Part shown: in pieces, positions 1 through 8,668 of the stretch
How the letters are laid out: each line of letters begins with the position of its first letter
Position numbering within the stretch: the stretch's first letter is position 1
From: Candidatus Aenigmatarchaeota archaeon
GTDB taxonomy: Archaea > Aenigmatarchaeota > Aenigmatarchaeia > CG10238-14 > SCSR01
Direction: 5' to 3'
NCBI GenBank assembly: GCA_030615205.1
Contig: JAUWZS010000002.1
Coordinates: 131,212-195,211 of the forward strand
DNA length: 64,000 nt
Notes under the pieces: generated by a model
Told to the model about the DNA's origin: nothing
The model's database searches: none
Seen by the model: only the letters and a program-made list of their open reading frames with translations
Position numbers and translations under genes: made by a program

Positions 1-113
1 GTAAGCTTGACAGAACGGAAGGAGTGATCCTGCTCTTCATCTATATAGTATTCCTTATTTCAACATTTGGAGTGCAGATAACGATAATCTAGCGGGCAAA
101 TGACAGTTTCAGA

Positions 114-638
114 CTATCTCCAGTCTATGCCAATGATACTGTTAAAAAGACGGAAAAATAACTCATAAAGTTTTCCAGGTCTTGCTTGATAAACAAAAAT
201 TATTGTTTCAACGTCTTTCTTGACTTTTTCACTTCTCTGAGATTCTTCTTCAAGAGTTTCAGACATAGTCCTTAAACCGCTAGCATGTAAAGCGTCTGTC
301 ACTTCTCCCATTTGCCATTCCTTCTTTTTAATCTCCATAAAAGCAGCAGCTCTTTTCTTTGAATCTAATCCGATAAAGTCTTGTATAGTATAAATCCTTT
401 TTTCTTTATCTCCAGATTCTTCTTTAACTTCGATAGGATTTCTAAGGTATAACCCCCATTTTCTGACAAGTCTCCAGTTATAAAGCTGATTTAGAACTAA
501 AAATGTTTCCATGCCCATCCCAAAATATCTATCCCATCCCATATGTTTTGTAATTTCTTCTATTGTAGAAAATGGGTGGGTCTCCACATATTCGAATATT
601 CTTTTCCTTTCCCAACGATGTTGATTAGAAGGTGGCAT
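114..638 (-). CDS. hypothetical protein (possible N-terminal winged-helix)
   Basis: 174-aa ORF; N-terminal IFEYVETHPFSTIEEITKHMG resembles the start of a wHTH; no family recognised. Confidence 0.55.
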   Translation of the reverse strand: MPPSNQHRWERKRIFEYVETHPFSTIEEITKHMGWDRYFGMGMETFLVLNQLYNWRLVRKWGLYLRNPIEVKEESGDKEKRIYTIQDFIGLDSKKRAAAFMEIKKKEWQMGEVTDALHASGLRTMSETLEEESQRSEKVKKDVETIIFVYQARPGKLYELFFRLFNSIIGIDWR

Positions 639-724
639 AAAATTCTAAATTATAATTTGTAAATTATCTTTAAATGTCCATATGAATTTTTTCCCAATTT
701 ATAAGTTTTTAAAAAATCATAGAC

Positions 725-749
725 CATCCTATCTGATTTAGATTGTTTC
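725..749 (-). repeat. arm-7bp-arm site, copy A (GAAACAATC-TAAATCA-GATAGGATG)
   Basis: 726-748 matches 1089-1111 at 20/23 nt as a direct repeat flanking ORF 775..1050. Confidence 0.6.
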
Positions 750-774
750 AATATGGCAAGAGTACGCATGGATT

Positions 775-1050
775 CTAAACGCATGCAGTACCGTCAAAGC
801 ATTTACCTTCTGGACATTCGCAGATTTCCACTTCATGACTATGTTGTGGAGCGCAACCACAAGCTCCGACCAGACAGATATTTGGGAAATTGCCTGCTGA
901 CTTGCAACACGCCGACATTCTGACAGCACCGCCTGAATTTATGCAAGCCTGTTCCTTTCCTGATGCTTCTGACGTTGGAGTATTTTTAATGTTCGCGACT
1001 GTGAAAGCTATGGCCACGAACAACAAAGCTGCGATAAATACCTTTTTCAT
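775..1050 (-). CDS. small secreted Cys-rich protein
   Basis: signal peptide MKKVFIAALLFVAIAF; 10 Cys in the C-terminal 57 aa. Confidence 0.75.
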   Translation of the reverse strand: MKKVFIAALLFVAIAFTVANIKNTPTSEASGKEQACINSGGAVRMSACCKSAGNFPNICLVGACGCAPQHSHEVEICECPEGKCFDGTACV

Positions 1051-1087
1051 AGTTAAGATATAGTAAAAAGGAGTTAAAAAATCAATT

Positions 1088-1112
1088 TATCCTATCTGAT
1101 TCGGATTATTTA
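1088..1112 (-). repeat. arm-7bp-arm site, copy B (TAAATAATC-CGAATCA-GATAGGATA)
   Basis: direct repeat of 725-749. Confidence 0.6.
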
Positions 1113-1146
1113 GATTTTTCTCTTCCCAATATTTCACAACCAAATT

Positions 1147-1191
1147 TGGGTAGCACACAAAAGACATATATTTATATATCAGTGCTACCCA
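1147..1191. promoter_or_regulatory. perfect 10-bp inverted repeat around the TATA box upstream of the Fic gene (putative operator)
   Basis: TGGGTAGCAC 1147-1156 / GTGCTACCCA 1182-1191; the spacer contains TTTATATA. Confidence 0.6.
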
Positions 1192-1201
1192 TAATAATTT
1201 T

Positions 1202-2137
1202 ATGGCGTATACACTGGTTAAAATTAGAAATAAAAAGAAATATTATTATCTTATAAAAAATATTAGAATAAACAATAAATGGAAAAAATTCACAGTTTAT
1301 TTGGGTTCTAATTTAAATAAAAAACAGCTAATAGATAAGAAGAAAAAATATTCTAAGATATTGGAACAAAGATCTAAAGAGTATCTCAAAAGAATAGATA
1401 TTTTACGAAATCTTATTTCCGATAAAGATTTAAAATTTTTAGAATTAGCCAAACAAAAATATAAAAAATTTTCTAAGCAGAGTATAGCTACCAGAGAAAA
1501 ATATTACGAATGGTTTGTGACAACTTTTACTTACAACTCTAATGCTATAGAGGGCTCAACAATAACATTAGAAGAAACTTCTATGATTTTATTTGAAAAA
1601 ATAACTCCATCAAATAGAACTTTGAGAGAAGTGAGAGAAGTAGAAAATCATAAAAAAGCTTTTGATTATATGTTAACATATAAAGGCGATATAAATAAGA
1701 AATTTGTATTGAGACTTCATAGAATTCTTACAATAGATATACTGCAAAAAGAAGAATCTGGTAAATTTAGAAAAGTTCAAGTTTTCATAAGAGGTGAAAA
1801 ACAAATGCCTCCAAAACCAAAATTAATTTCTCTTGAACTTAATAAACTTATGAAATGGTATAATAAAAATAAGAAAAAATACCATCCTGTTATTGTAGCG
1901 TCCTATTTTCATACTGCTTTTGAAGGAGTACATCCATTTGTAGATTTTAACGGAAGGACAGGACGTTTATTACTCAATTTTATTTTATTAAAAAACAGAT
2001 TTCCAGCGATAGATATACGAACCAAAGAGAAAATACAATATTATAGAGCTATAAAACGTGCGATTAAAGAAGGGAATTTAAAACCATTTGTAAATTTGGT
2101 TATTAAATACATTAAAGAGATGGTTGATAAATTTTAG
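1202..2137 (+). CDS. Fic (Fido) family protein
   Basis: HPFVDFNGRTGR Fic motif (G->F variant); inhibitory SNAIEG motif upstream; basic N-terminal domain. Confidence 0.92.
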   Translation: MAYTLVKIRNKKKYYYLIKNIRINNKWKKFTVYLGSNLNKKQLIDKKKKYSKILEQRSKEYLKRIDILRNLISDKDLKFLELAKQKYKKFSKQSIATREKYYEWFVTTFTYNSNAIEGSTITLEETSMILFEKITPSNRTLREVREVENHKKAFDYMLTYKGDINKKFVLRLHRILTIDILQKEESGKFRKVQVFIRGEKQMPPKPKLISLELNKLMKWYNKNKKKYHPVIVASYFHTAFEGVHPFVDFNGRTGRLLLNFILLKNRFPAIDIRTKEKIQYYRAIKRAIKEGNLKPFVNLVIKYIKEMVDKF

Positions 2138-2157
2138 AATCGATTAAATTATTCTTT

Positions 2158-2553
2158 CTATTCTTTCTTTTCTTTCTCTAAAACCACAGCGCTTACTACA
2201 GCATGCTGGGAAGGCCTGCTGGTAACGCGCGCCAAGCCAAGCTCGGTTTCTATTGTTGTGCCTTTTGTTATTATTCCACGTCGTATGAAATGCGGGTTTG
2301 CTGGATTCTTAATAACGTCTATTATTTTCACTTTCTGGGTTTTCTTCGTTGCCGGATCGTAGACATTGGCAGTTTGCGCAGCAAGAGCTCTTAATTTCCT
2401 GCCCCCGCCTTTTGTTCGCACAAGACTCTTACGTTCCTTTCCTAGCTTTGTCATCAAAGGATTGCTGCCTCGTTCAAACTTCCTCTTTCTTCTATACAAA
2501 TTTATTTTTCCACCAGTTTTCTTCTTTCCGCGCTCACCGTGCCATATCGGCAT
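2158..2553 (-). CDS. rps8e: 30S ribosomal protein eS8
   Basis: WHGERGKKKTGG, RTKGGGRK, NPANPHFIRRGIITKG, ARVTSRPSQHAVV; ATG at 2553 with GAGG upstream. Confidence 0.97.
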   Translation of the reverse strand: MPIWHGERGKKKTGGKINLYRRKRKFERGSNPLMTKLGKERKSLVRTKGGGRKLRALAAQTANVYDPATKKTQKVKIIDVIKNPANPHFIRRGIITKGTTIETELGLARVTSRPSQHAVVSAVVLEKEKKE

Positions 2554-2742
2554 ATTTCTCAACCTCTCTCAAAAAACTTTACTAAAAGTTTAACGGAATT
2601 TGAATATAAATACTTTTAAGTTCGAATAAACAAAAGTAAATAAAATAAAGGAAACAGAAATAGAACTAAATAAATCCAAAAATAAAATTAAATAAAACTA
2701 AAAACGGAAACAATTCAAGGATGATTCAAGGTGAATAATAAA

Positions 2743-2967
2743 ATGACAGAAAGGCCAATAGATGCACTCGATAGAGCCAAAGGAAAAAAGATATTTGCAA
2801 AGTTAAAAAACGGTGACGAAATAACAGGCGTACTAAGAGCGCTTGATTTGCATTTGAACCTTTGGATTGATGAAGCAGAAATTCAGAAGGACGGCAACAA
2901 AGTGCGCTTGGGCACTGTTCTCGTACGCGGCGACACTATTGTTTATGCTTCTCCTGTGCAAGTTTAA
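2743..2967 (+). CDS. Sm-like archaeal protein (Lsm/SmAP1)
   Basis: RPIDAL...LKNG..I.G.LRALDLHLNL...VLVRGDTIV; conserved archaeal synteny with rpl37e; AGGTGA SD. Confidence 0.95.
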   Translation: MTERPIDALDRAKGKKIFAKLKNGDEITGVLRALDLHLNLWIDEAEIQKDGNKVRLGTVLVRGDTIVYASPVQV

Positions 2968-3092
2968 TCCCATAATTGCATAAATAAACATTTCGGATTT
3001 TTAAAGATTTCTTTATTATACAAAAATAATATAATCTAAAATAAAATAAAAGTAACAATAAAAGTAAAAATAAAAGTAACGAGCGTGGTAAA

Positions 3093-3332
3093 ATGACAAA
3101 AGGAACACCAGCATTCGGAAGGAAAATAGGCGTTAAACATATCAGATGCAGGCGCTGCGGACGCGTTGCTTTCCATGTGAAGAAAAGCAAATGCGCAGCG
3201 TGCGGTTTTGGTAAAACGAGAAAGATCCGAAAGTTCAATTGGCAGATGAAGAACTACCGCAGGCTCAGAAAACAGCAAAAAGTAAGACCAAAAACCGGCA
3301 AAATTAGAAAAGATAAAAAGAAGAAAAAATGA
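3093..3332 (+). CDS. rpl37e: 50S ribosomal protein eL37
   Basis: [28 protein letters not shown] zinc finger. Confidence 0.97.
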   Translation: MTKGTPAFGRKIGVKHIRCRRCGRVAFHVKKSKCAACGFGKTRKIRKFNWQMKNYRRLRKQQKVRPKTGKIRKDKKKKK

Positions 3333-3357
3333 ATTTTTTTATGGGCTCAGGGAAAAG

Positions 3358-3477
3358 GGGCTCGTAGCTCAGCATGGTAGAGCAGCTGGCTTTTAGCATT
3401 AAGCGAAAAAGCGCTGATTCCAATATGACGAAACGGAAGAAACCAGTTGGTCGAGGGTTCGAATCCCTCCGAGCCCA
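3358..3477 (+). tRNA. tRNA-Lys(TTT) with canonical 37/38 intron (3396-3441)
   Basis: acceptor GGGCTCG/CGAGCCC-A; anticodon TTT 3392-3394; T-arm GAGGG-TTCGAAT-CCCTC; BHB helix CTTT/GAAG with TAG and AAA bulges. Confidence 0.95.
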
Positions 3478-3491
3478 TTAATTCCTTAAGT

Positions 3492-4091
3492 TTAGAAGCA
3501 ACTGAATTCTTTCGTACCAAGTTCATCGTTTGCTTCGGTTGTGCATTTTATTGTGTTGCTCTCTACATAATAGTACTTTAAGTTCGGATTGTATATTTTC
3601 TGCGCACAGCATATGCTTTTCGCCGAGTTCGCACTTAGGGAATCATATTCTTCCTGGGCTGCAGCTAGTTTGCTTTCCAGCTCATTTACTTCACTCATCA
3701 ATTTGTCTACCTGGGCCATCCAATTACTAATATCGAACTCGCATGATGTTAAATCGGATCGCAATCTCTCAATCTGGTTTTTGTATTCTGAGATTTCTTC
3801 TTCCAGCTCGAGCTTATTCAAATCACAAACAACCAATTTATCCTGTGTCCCATTGGCAAACTCAGACAACATCTCCAAATTGCTTTTGCAAATATCAAGT
3901 TCGGCTGATAACTGGGCTGATACTTGAATACAATCTTTGGTTGTAATGTTCGACGATGCTGTAGAAAGAATATAAGTTGCATATCCACTAACTGAGCCTA
4001 CAACTACAGCAAGTGCCGCAATAGCTATAATAACTGATAGATATTTTTTGAAAAACCATCTAAAACTAGTCTGAGGAATCCAATAACCCAT
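3492..4091 (-). CDS. membrane-anchored coiled-coil protein with Cys-containing C-terminus
   Basis: N-terminal TM, heptad-rich middle, CC..C tail. Confidence 0.7.
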   Translation of the reverse strand: MGYWIPQTSFRWFFKKYLSVIIAIAALAVVVGSVSGYATYILSTASSNITTKDCIQVSAQLSAELDICKSNLEMLSEFANGTQDKLVVCDLNKLELEEEISEYKNQIERLRSDLTSCEFDISNWMAQVDKLMSEVNELESKLAAAQEEYDSLSANSAKSICCAQKIYNPNLKYYYVESNTIKCTTEANDELGTKEFSCF

Positions 4092-4207
4092 AATAAATTA
4101 TTTGTCTTTATAAAAATTAAAATAGATGGATATTATAAAATAAATGATGGATATTATAATAATCCCCGAAACCATAGAAATTTATAGAAATAACAGATGA
4201 TTACAAC

Positions 4208-4618
4208 ATGGCTGAAAAATCAAAGCAACCAAGTCAGACAGAAGCCAAAGAGGGTAAAGAGACTAAAAAAGAAACTGCCGAGGATAGGGTGGAGAAAAAA
4301 GTACGATCTAGGCTCTCGCCTTATGAATGGAGACTTTTGAGGGAGCGGTTGGGCATAAAGAAGAAATTGACAGCGTTCCAACGTGAATTTCGCAGGCGAC
4401 TTGCAACTTTTATTACAGGAGCATTTGCATTCGTTGCTGCTTTGCTTTGGAGAGACGCAATAAAGTCGTTTTTAGAAAAATATCAAAGTCTAATAGAAGA
4501 GTCGTTGCCAATAAAAGAAGTTTGGGTTACCGAAGTGTTTACTGCTTTTGTTGTCTCAGCCATAGCAATAGTGGTGATAATTCTAGTAACAAAATCATTA
4601 AAAGTAAACGAAAAATAA
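4208..4618 (+). CDS. DUF5654-like two-TM membrane protein
   Basis: ITGAFAFVAALLWRDAIK resembles the AFG.VAALAWN.AI signature. Confidence 0.7.
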   Translation: MAEKSKQPSQTEAKEGKETKKETAEDRVEKKVRSRLSPYEWRLLRERLGIKKKLTAFQREFRRRLATFITGAFAFVAALLWRDAIKSFLEKYQSLIEESLPIKEVWVTEVFTAFVVSAIAIVVIILVTKSLKVNEK

Positions 4619-4686
4619 TAAAACATAACATTTAATACATTATACAAAAGAAGATATAGTGAACGTTGCAAACTTAAGGGGCCCAA

Positions 4687-4805
4687 GGGCCCATAACAAC
4701 TAACGTTGTGGGTATAGCTCAGCATGGTAGAGCAGCTGGCTCTTAACCAGTTGGTCGTGGGTTCGAAAGCAATATATTATATCGCCGAAATTCCCACTGG
4801 GCCCA
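4687..4805 (+). tRNA. tRNA-Lys(CTT) with two non-canonical introns (8/9: 4695-4715; 59/60: 4768-4791)
   Basis: removing both inserts gives GGGCCCATAGCTCAGCATGGTAGAGCAGCTGGCTCTTAACCAGTTGGTCGTGGGTTCGAATCCCACTGGGCCCA, nearly identical to the Lys(TTT) gene; both inserts fold into bulge-helix(-bulge) motifs. Confidence 0.9.
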
Positions 4806-4832
4806 CTTTATACACATAAAAATTTAAGTTTC

Positions 4833-4892
4833 TTTACAGAGAGATTATTTACAGAAAGATCATTTAGAGAGAGGCTATTTACAAAAAGATAA
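4833..4892 (+). repeat. 4 x 15-bp tandem repeat upstream of tryptophanase
   Basis: TTTACAGAGAGATTA TTTACAGAAAGATCA TTTAGAGAGAGGCTA TTTACAAAAAGATAA. Confidence 0.8.
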
Positions 4893-4904
4893 TCCAGTGG
4901 TATA

Positions 4905-6287
4905 ATGACGGACGATTTTTTTCCAGAACCTTTCAAAATAAAGATGGTTGAACGGATTAAATTAAAACCAAAAAAAGAAAGGGAAAGGTTGATCAAAGAA
5001 GCTGGCTACAATGTTTTCATGCTGAAGATAGAGGATATTTTCATTGACCTATTGACAGACAGTGGGACATCTGCAATGAGCGATAATCAATGGTCTGGGA
5101 TGTTCAAAACAAAACAGGCTTATGCAGGCAGTGACAGTTACTACAGCTTAGAAGCTGCTATGAAAGATGTGTTTGGTTTTAAGCACTTTGTTCCTGTGCA
5201 TCAAGGACGGGCCGCTGAAAACATACTATTTTCAACAATTATAACAAAAGGCGACTATGTTCCGAATAACATGCATTTTGACACAACTGAAGCCAATATC
5301 ACGCGCAATGGCGGAATTCCTGTTAATCTCATTATCGAAGACGCTTATGACACAGCAAAGATCCTGCTGTTCAAAGGGAATATGGACATACAAAAATTAG
5401 AAAAATTCATAGAAGAAAAGACGCCAGATAAGATCCCGCTAATCATGGTCACTATCACGAACAACGGTGGTGGCGGGCAACCAGTGTCGATGGAGAACAT
5501 AAGGCAGATCAGCAATATCGCAAAAAAACATAATATCCCGTTCTTTATAGATGCATGCAGATTCGCGGAGAATTGTTACTTTATCCAGCAAAGAGAAGAA
5601 GGGTACAAAAATAAAACAATAAAACAAATAGCAAAAGAGCTTTTTTCATACGCGGATGGCTGCACGTTCAGCGGCAAAAAAGAAGCTCTGGTGAACATAG
5701 GCGGGATGTTATGCACGAATGACGAGAAGCTTCATACAAAGTTAAAAAACTTGCTGATAATCATAGAAGGTTTCCCGACTTACGGCGGAATGGCATGCAG
5801 AGACCTTGAAGCAATGGCAAGAGGAATCTATGAAGCGATCGATGATGATTACCAAAAATACAGGCATGCTCAAATGAAATTCTTGGCTGATCTTCTAAGA
5901 AAAGGCGGAGTGCCGATAGTTGAACCAACTGGCGGACACGCGGTTTATGTTGATGCAAGGAAATTCCTGCCACATATACCGATTGAAAATTTTGCTGCTC
6001 AGGCATTACTAGCTCAACTGTTCATAGAATCAGGAGTGAGAGGAGCTGAACTTGGCTGCTCATGCTTCGGAAAAACAGACCCAAAAACCGGAAAGTTCAT
6101 TCCTCCGAGACTGGATCTGCTGCGATTGACAATACCCCGGAGAGTTTACACAAACAATCATATGAAGCATGTTGCAAATGGCCTTATAGAATTATACAAG
6201 AAGCGAAAAGAAATAAAAGGTCTAAAAAGAACTTATGCACCAAAACTCCTCGGTCACTTTACTGCAAAATTTGAACCGATAAAATAA
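4905..6287 (+). CDS. tnaA: tryptophanase (beta-eliminating lyase, TnaA/TPL family)
   Basis: EPFKIKMVE, IDLLTDSGTSAMS, HQGRAAE, SGKK (PLP Lys), EGFPTYGG, RLTIPRRVYT; C-terminal HFTA is tryptophanase-type (TPL has FFTA). Confidence 0.88.
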   Translation: MTDDFFPEPFKIKMVERIKLKPKKERERLIKEAGYNVFMLKIEDIFIDLLTDSGTSAMSDNQWSGMFKTKQAYAGSDSYYSLEAAMKDVFGFKHFVPVHQGRAAENILFSTIITKGDYVPNNMHFDTTEANITRNGGIPVNLIIEDAYDTAKILLFKGNMDIQKLEKFIEEKTPDKIPLIMVTITNNGGGGQPVSMENIRQISNIAKKHNIPFFIDACRFAENCYFIQQREEGYKNKTIKQIAKELFSYADGCTFSGKKEALVNIGGMLCTNDEKLHTKLKNLLIIIEGFPTYGGMACRDLEAMARGIYEAIDDDYQKYRHAQMKFLADLLRKGGVPIVEPTGGHAVYVDARKFLPHIPIENFAAQALLAQLFIESGVRGAELGCSCFGKTDPKTGKFIPPRLDLLRLTIPRRVYTNNHMKHVANGLIELYKKRKEIKGLKRTYAPKLLGHFTAKFEPIK

Positions 6288-6321
6288 ATCTATTTTAATT
6301 CTGTTTGCTAATTTTAGAGTA

Positions 6322-6585
6322 GTGAATATCTTGAAGAGTTTAAAGAAACTGACAAAGGCAGAAGGATTACAAATACATGAAGGTAAAAGGAGAAGTTTAG
6401 TTAAAGCAGTAACTTGGCGTGTGATAGCAACATTAACAACAATGGTTCTTGTTTTCATAGCCACAGGGGAACTGACTGTAACATTGGGCGTCGGTGTGCT
6501 GGATGTTGTCACAAAATTAATCTTCTATTTCGGCCATGAAAGAATGTGGAACCTGATCACTTGGGGAAAATATAAAAAGAATTAG
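6322..6585 (+). CDS. DUF2061 membrane protein
   Basis: RSLVKAVTWRVIAT...KLIFYFGHERMW signature. Confidence 0.85.
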   Translation: MNILKSLKKLTKAEGLQIHEGKRRSLVKAVTWRVIATLTTMVLVFIATGELTVTLGVGVLDVVTKLIFYFGHERMWNLITWGKYKKN

Positions 6586-6598
6586 ATGGATTTAAAAT

Positions 6599-7054
6599 CT
6601 ATTTTTCGTCTTCTTTATCAAATTCTCTTACTAGTTCTAACAAGAGTTTATAAACTTCTTCAGGAGACTTGCCACTTCTTTGAACAAGAGATTTACCAAT
6701 TGTATCAAATATATGACCTGCGAATTCTTCTTTAGTTTTTATTTTTGAGGAATCTACCATACTTTCGCCTTTTTGTGTTAGTTCATAATATTTTCCTGAT
6801 GAAGGGATATAATCTCTCTCAATGCCATTTTTGTCAAAACCGCCAACAAGACCAAGCATCTGTAATTTTGTTAAATGATAGTGGATGCTCTTTCTAGATC
6901 GAAGGAAATGAGGTATAGGCTCTAATAGTTTGTGTTTGAGATTTTCAGGTAATCTATTTTCTATTTCATGCCCTTGAAGATAACCTTTTTCTTTTGATAA
7001 TATTCTTAATATCGAAAAATGTAGTCTAATGGTTTCTTTATCAAGATATTTCAT
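6599..7054 (-). CDS. winged-helix DNA-binding protein
   Basis: ILRILS...SIHYHLTKLQMLGLV...YYELTQKG; start taken at MKYLDK. Confidence 0.7.
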   Translation of the reverse strand: MKYLDKETIRLHFSILRILSKEKGYLQGHEIENRLPENLKHKLLEPIPHFLRSRKSIHYHLTKLQMLGLVGGFDKNGIERDYIPSSGKYYELTQKGESMVDSSKIKTKEEFAGHIFDTIGKSLVQRSGKSPEEVYKLLLELVREFDKEDEK

Positions 7055-7073
7055 TTTTTGACACCATTTTCTG

Positions 7074-7517
7074 TTACGATGGGCTCGCAACACCTTCAAC
7101 TTTATCTATAATCCAAGAAACTCTACGTTTGTCTCCGACTTTTAAGCCTAGTTTTTTATGGAGCTCCTTCAAGATTTCTTCTGAAGCCTTGCGCTCACAA
7201 TATGCTCTCCTTTTGTTACAGCCTGTAGGACCTAACTCACAAATATCATCTATACTGGCTACAACTTCTAAATGCGCTTCTCTATTTCCTAACAATTCAT
7301 CATAATATTTAATTAAAGAACTGATGAACTCTTTGCTATATTCTTTAGGCACACCCTCGATATTATGGAGATCTATTTCAAATTGCTCTACGTCGCCTAT
7401 ACTACCTATTACATAGGATTCTATACTTTTTCCATCCGAACGTCTAGCTGAAATTAAACAGCACAAGAGATTGAGATGATGTGGCCTCAGCCTGTAAATC
7501 TTGCTAGTCATAATCAA
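7074..7517 (-). CDS. DUF1284-like protein
   Basis: RLRPHHL..L, YSKEF, DDICE..P..C motifs. Confidence 0.6.
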   Translation of the reverse strand: MIMTSKIYRLRPHHLNLLCCLISARRSDGKSIESYVIGSIGDVEQFEIDLHNIEGVPKEYSKEFISSLIKYYDELLGNREAHLEVVASIDDICELGPTGCNKRRAYCERKASEEILKELHKKLGLKVGDKRRVSWIIDKVEGVASPS

Positions 7518-7574
7518 ACACTAAAACTATAAAGTAACAGTAAAAATTTAAACCCATTCCTCTTGAAAACTCAC

Positions 7575-7599
7575 AAATCAACCCAAAACAGATAGATTT
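7575..7599 (+). repeat. arm-7bp-arm site, copy C (AAATCAACC-CAAAACA-GATAGATTT)
   Basis: 21/25 identical to 8669-8693; arms are imperfect inverted repeats. Confidence 0.6.
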
Positions 7600-7626
7600 A
7601 AAAGTTTAATCTCTGTTCTTATTCTC

Positions 7627-8034
7627 ATGAAAATGGCTAACTTAATAGAGCAACTGAAAGAAGTAGGCTATTATGCTTCGTATTTTATACCAGGGGTAGG
7701 CGTAATTAGAGCATACAAAGCTAGTCGACAAGTTTCGGAATTGACTGAAGGCATAATGTTGGATCAGATTCCTTATGATATTGGAAGTAAAGGTAGATTA
7801 GATTCTTTAACAACTCTAAGGAAATATGGTGGTGAAGTTGCTTTATCTACAGAAGCGCTTAGAGGTTATGGATTATTAACTTGGTACGTATTGAGATCTA
7901 TGCCAGAACCATTCAACTATATAGGAGACGCCATCGGTATATTAACCAATATACTTACACCCATTTCTCAGATATGGCTCAGTCGGAGATCGAGGGTGTA
8001 TGTGTCAAAAATAGAAAATAATAAAGCAGATTGA
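7627..8034 (+). CDS. hypothetical (membrane-associated) protein
   Basis: 135-aa ORF lying between two repeat sites. Confidence 0.55.
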   Translation: MKMANLIEQLKEVGYYASYFIPGVGVIRAYKASRQVSELTEGIMLDQIPYDIGSKGRLDSLTTLRKYGGEVALSTEALRGYGLLTWYVLRSMPEPFNYIGDAIGILTNILTPISQIWLSRRSRVYVSKIENNKAD

Positions 8035-8054
8035 ATCATATAGATTTTTGTTCT
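8023..8054 (+). repeat. arm-7bp-arm site, copy D, overlapping the stop codon of 7627..8034
   Basis: AATCATATAGATTTTTGTTCT (8034-8054) vs AATCGGATAGATTTTTGTTCT (8680-8700), 19/21. Confidence 0.6.
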
Positions 8055-8082
8055 TGGAAAATAAATATTATAACTGAGAAAG

Positions 8083-8655
8083 GTGATGAAAATTAAATTA
8101 AGTTTTGTCGTGAGTGTGATAATAGTTGTTTTAATAGTTGGTACTGCAACACTCTTTCTATATCCAGCAGTTGGCCAAGGAACTTTAGTTCTGAAAATTA
8201 CAGATAAAGTTGATTTAACAAATGTAAGTTCTATTGACATTACCATAGATAAGGTCGAGGTGTATAAAGCTGTAATTGGTGAGATAGTAAACGAGACGAA
8301 CGAAACCATAGAAACGAATGAAACAACAACAGCAGGCTGGGAAACTGTGGTCAATGAGAGCAAGTCCTTTGATTTGATAGAAATAACTGGTGTTGAGGAA
8401 TTTCTTGGAGAGAAAACATTAACAGCTGGAAGGTATACTCAAATAAGATTAGAGATCAGTGATGCTAAGATAACTATTGAAGATATACAGCATGATTTGA
8501 AGATACCGAGTAAGAAAATCAAATTAATCCATCCCTTTACCATAGAAGCAAACAAGACAACAACATTGGTATTGGATTTTGACGCATCGGAATCTGTAGT
8601 GAAAGCTGGGCCACAATACATTCTAAAACCAGTTATCAAAATCATAGAGAAGTGA
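8083..8655 (+). CDS. DUF4382 domain secreted/membrane-anchored protein
   Basis: GTLVLKITD...SFDL...G.YTQIRL...LKIPS..IKL..PFTI...TLVLDFD..SVVKAG..YILKPVI. Confidence 0.85.
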   Translation: MMKIKLSFVVSVIIVVLIVGTATLFLYPAVGQGTLVLKITDKVDLTNVSSIDITIDKVEVYKAVIGEIVNETNETIETNETTTAGWETVVNESKSFDLIEITGVEEFLGEKTLTAGRYTQIRLEISDAKITIEDIQHDLKIPSKKIKLIHPFTIEANKTTTLVLDFDASESVVKAGPQYILKPVIKIIEK

Positions 8656-8668
8656 TTTTTTTATCTTT

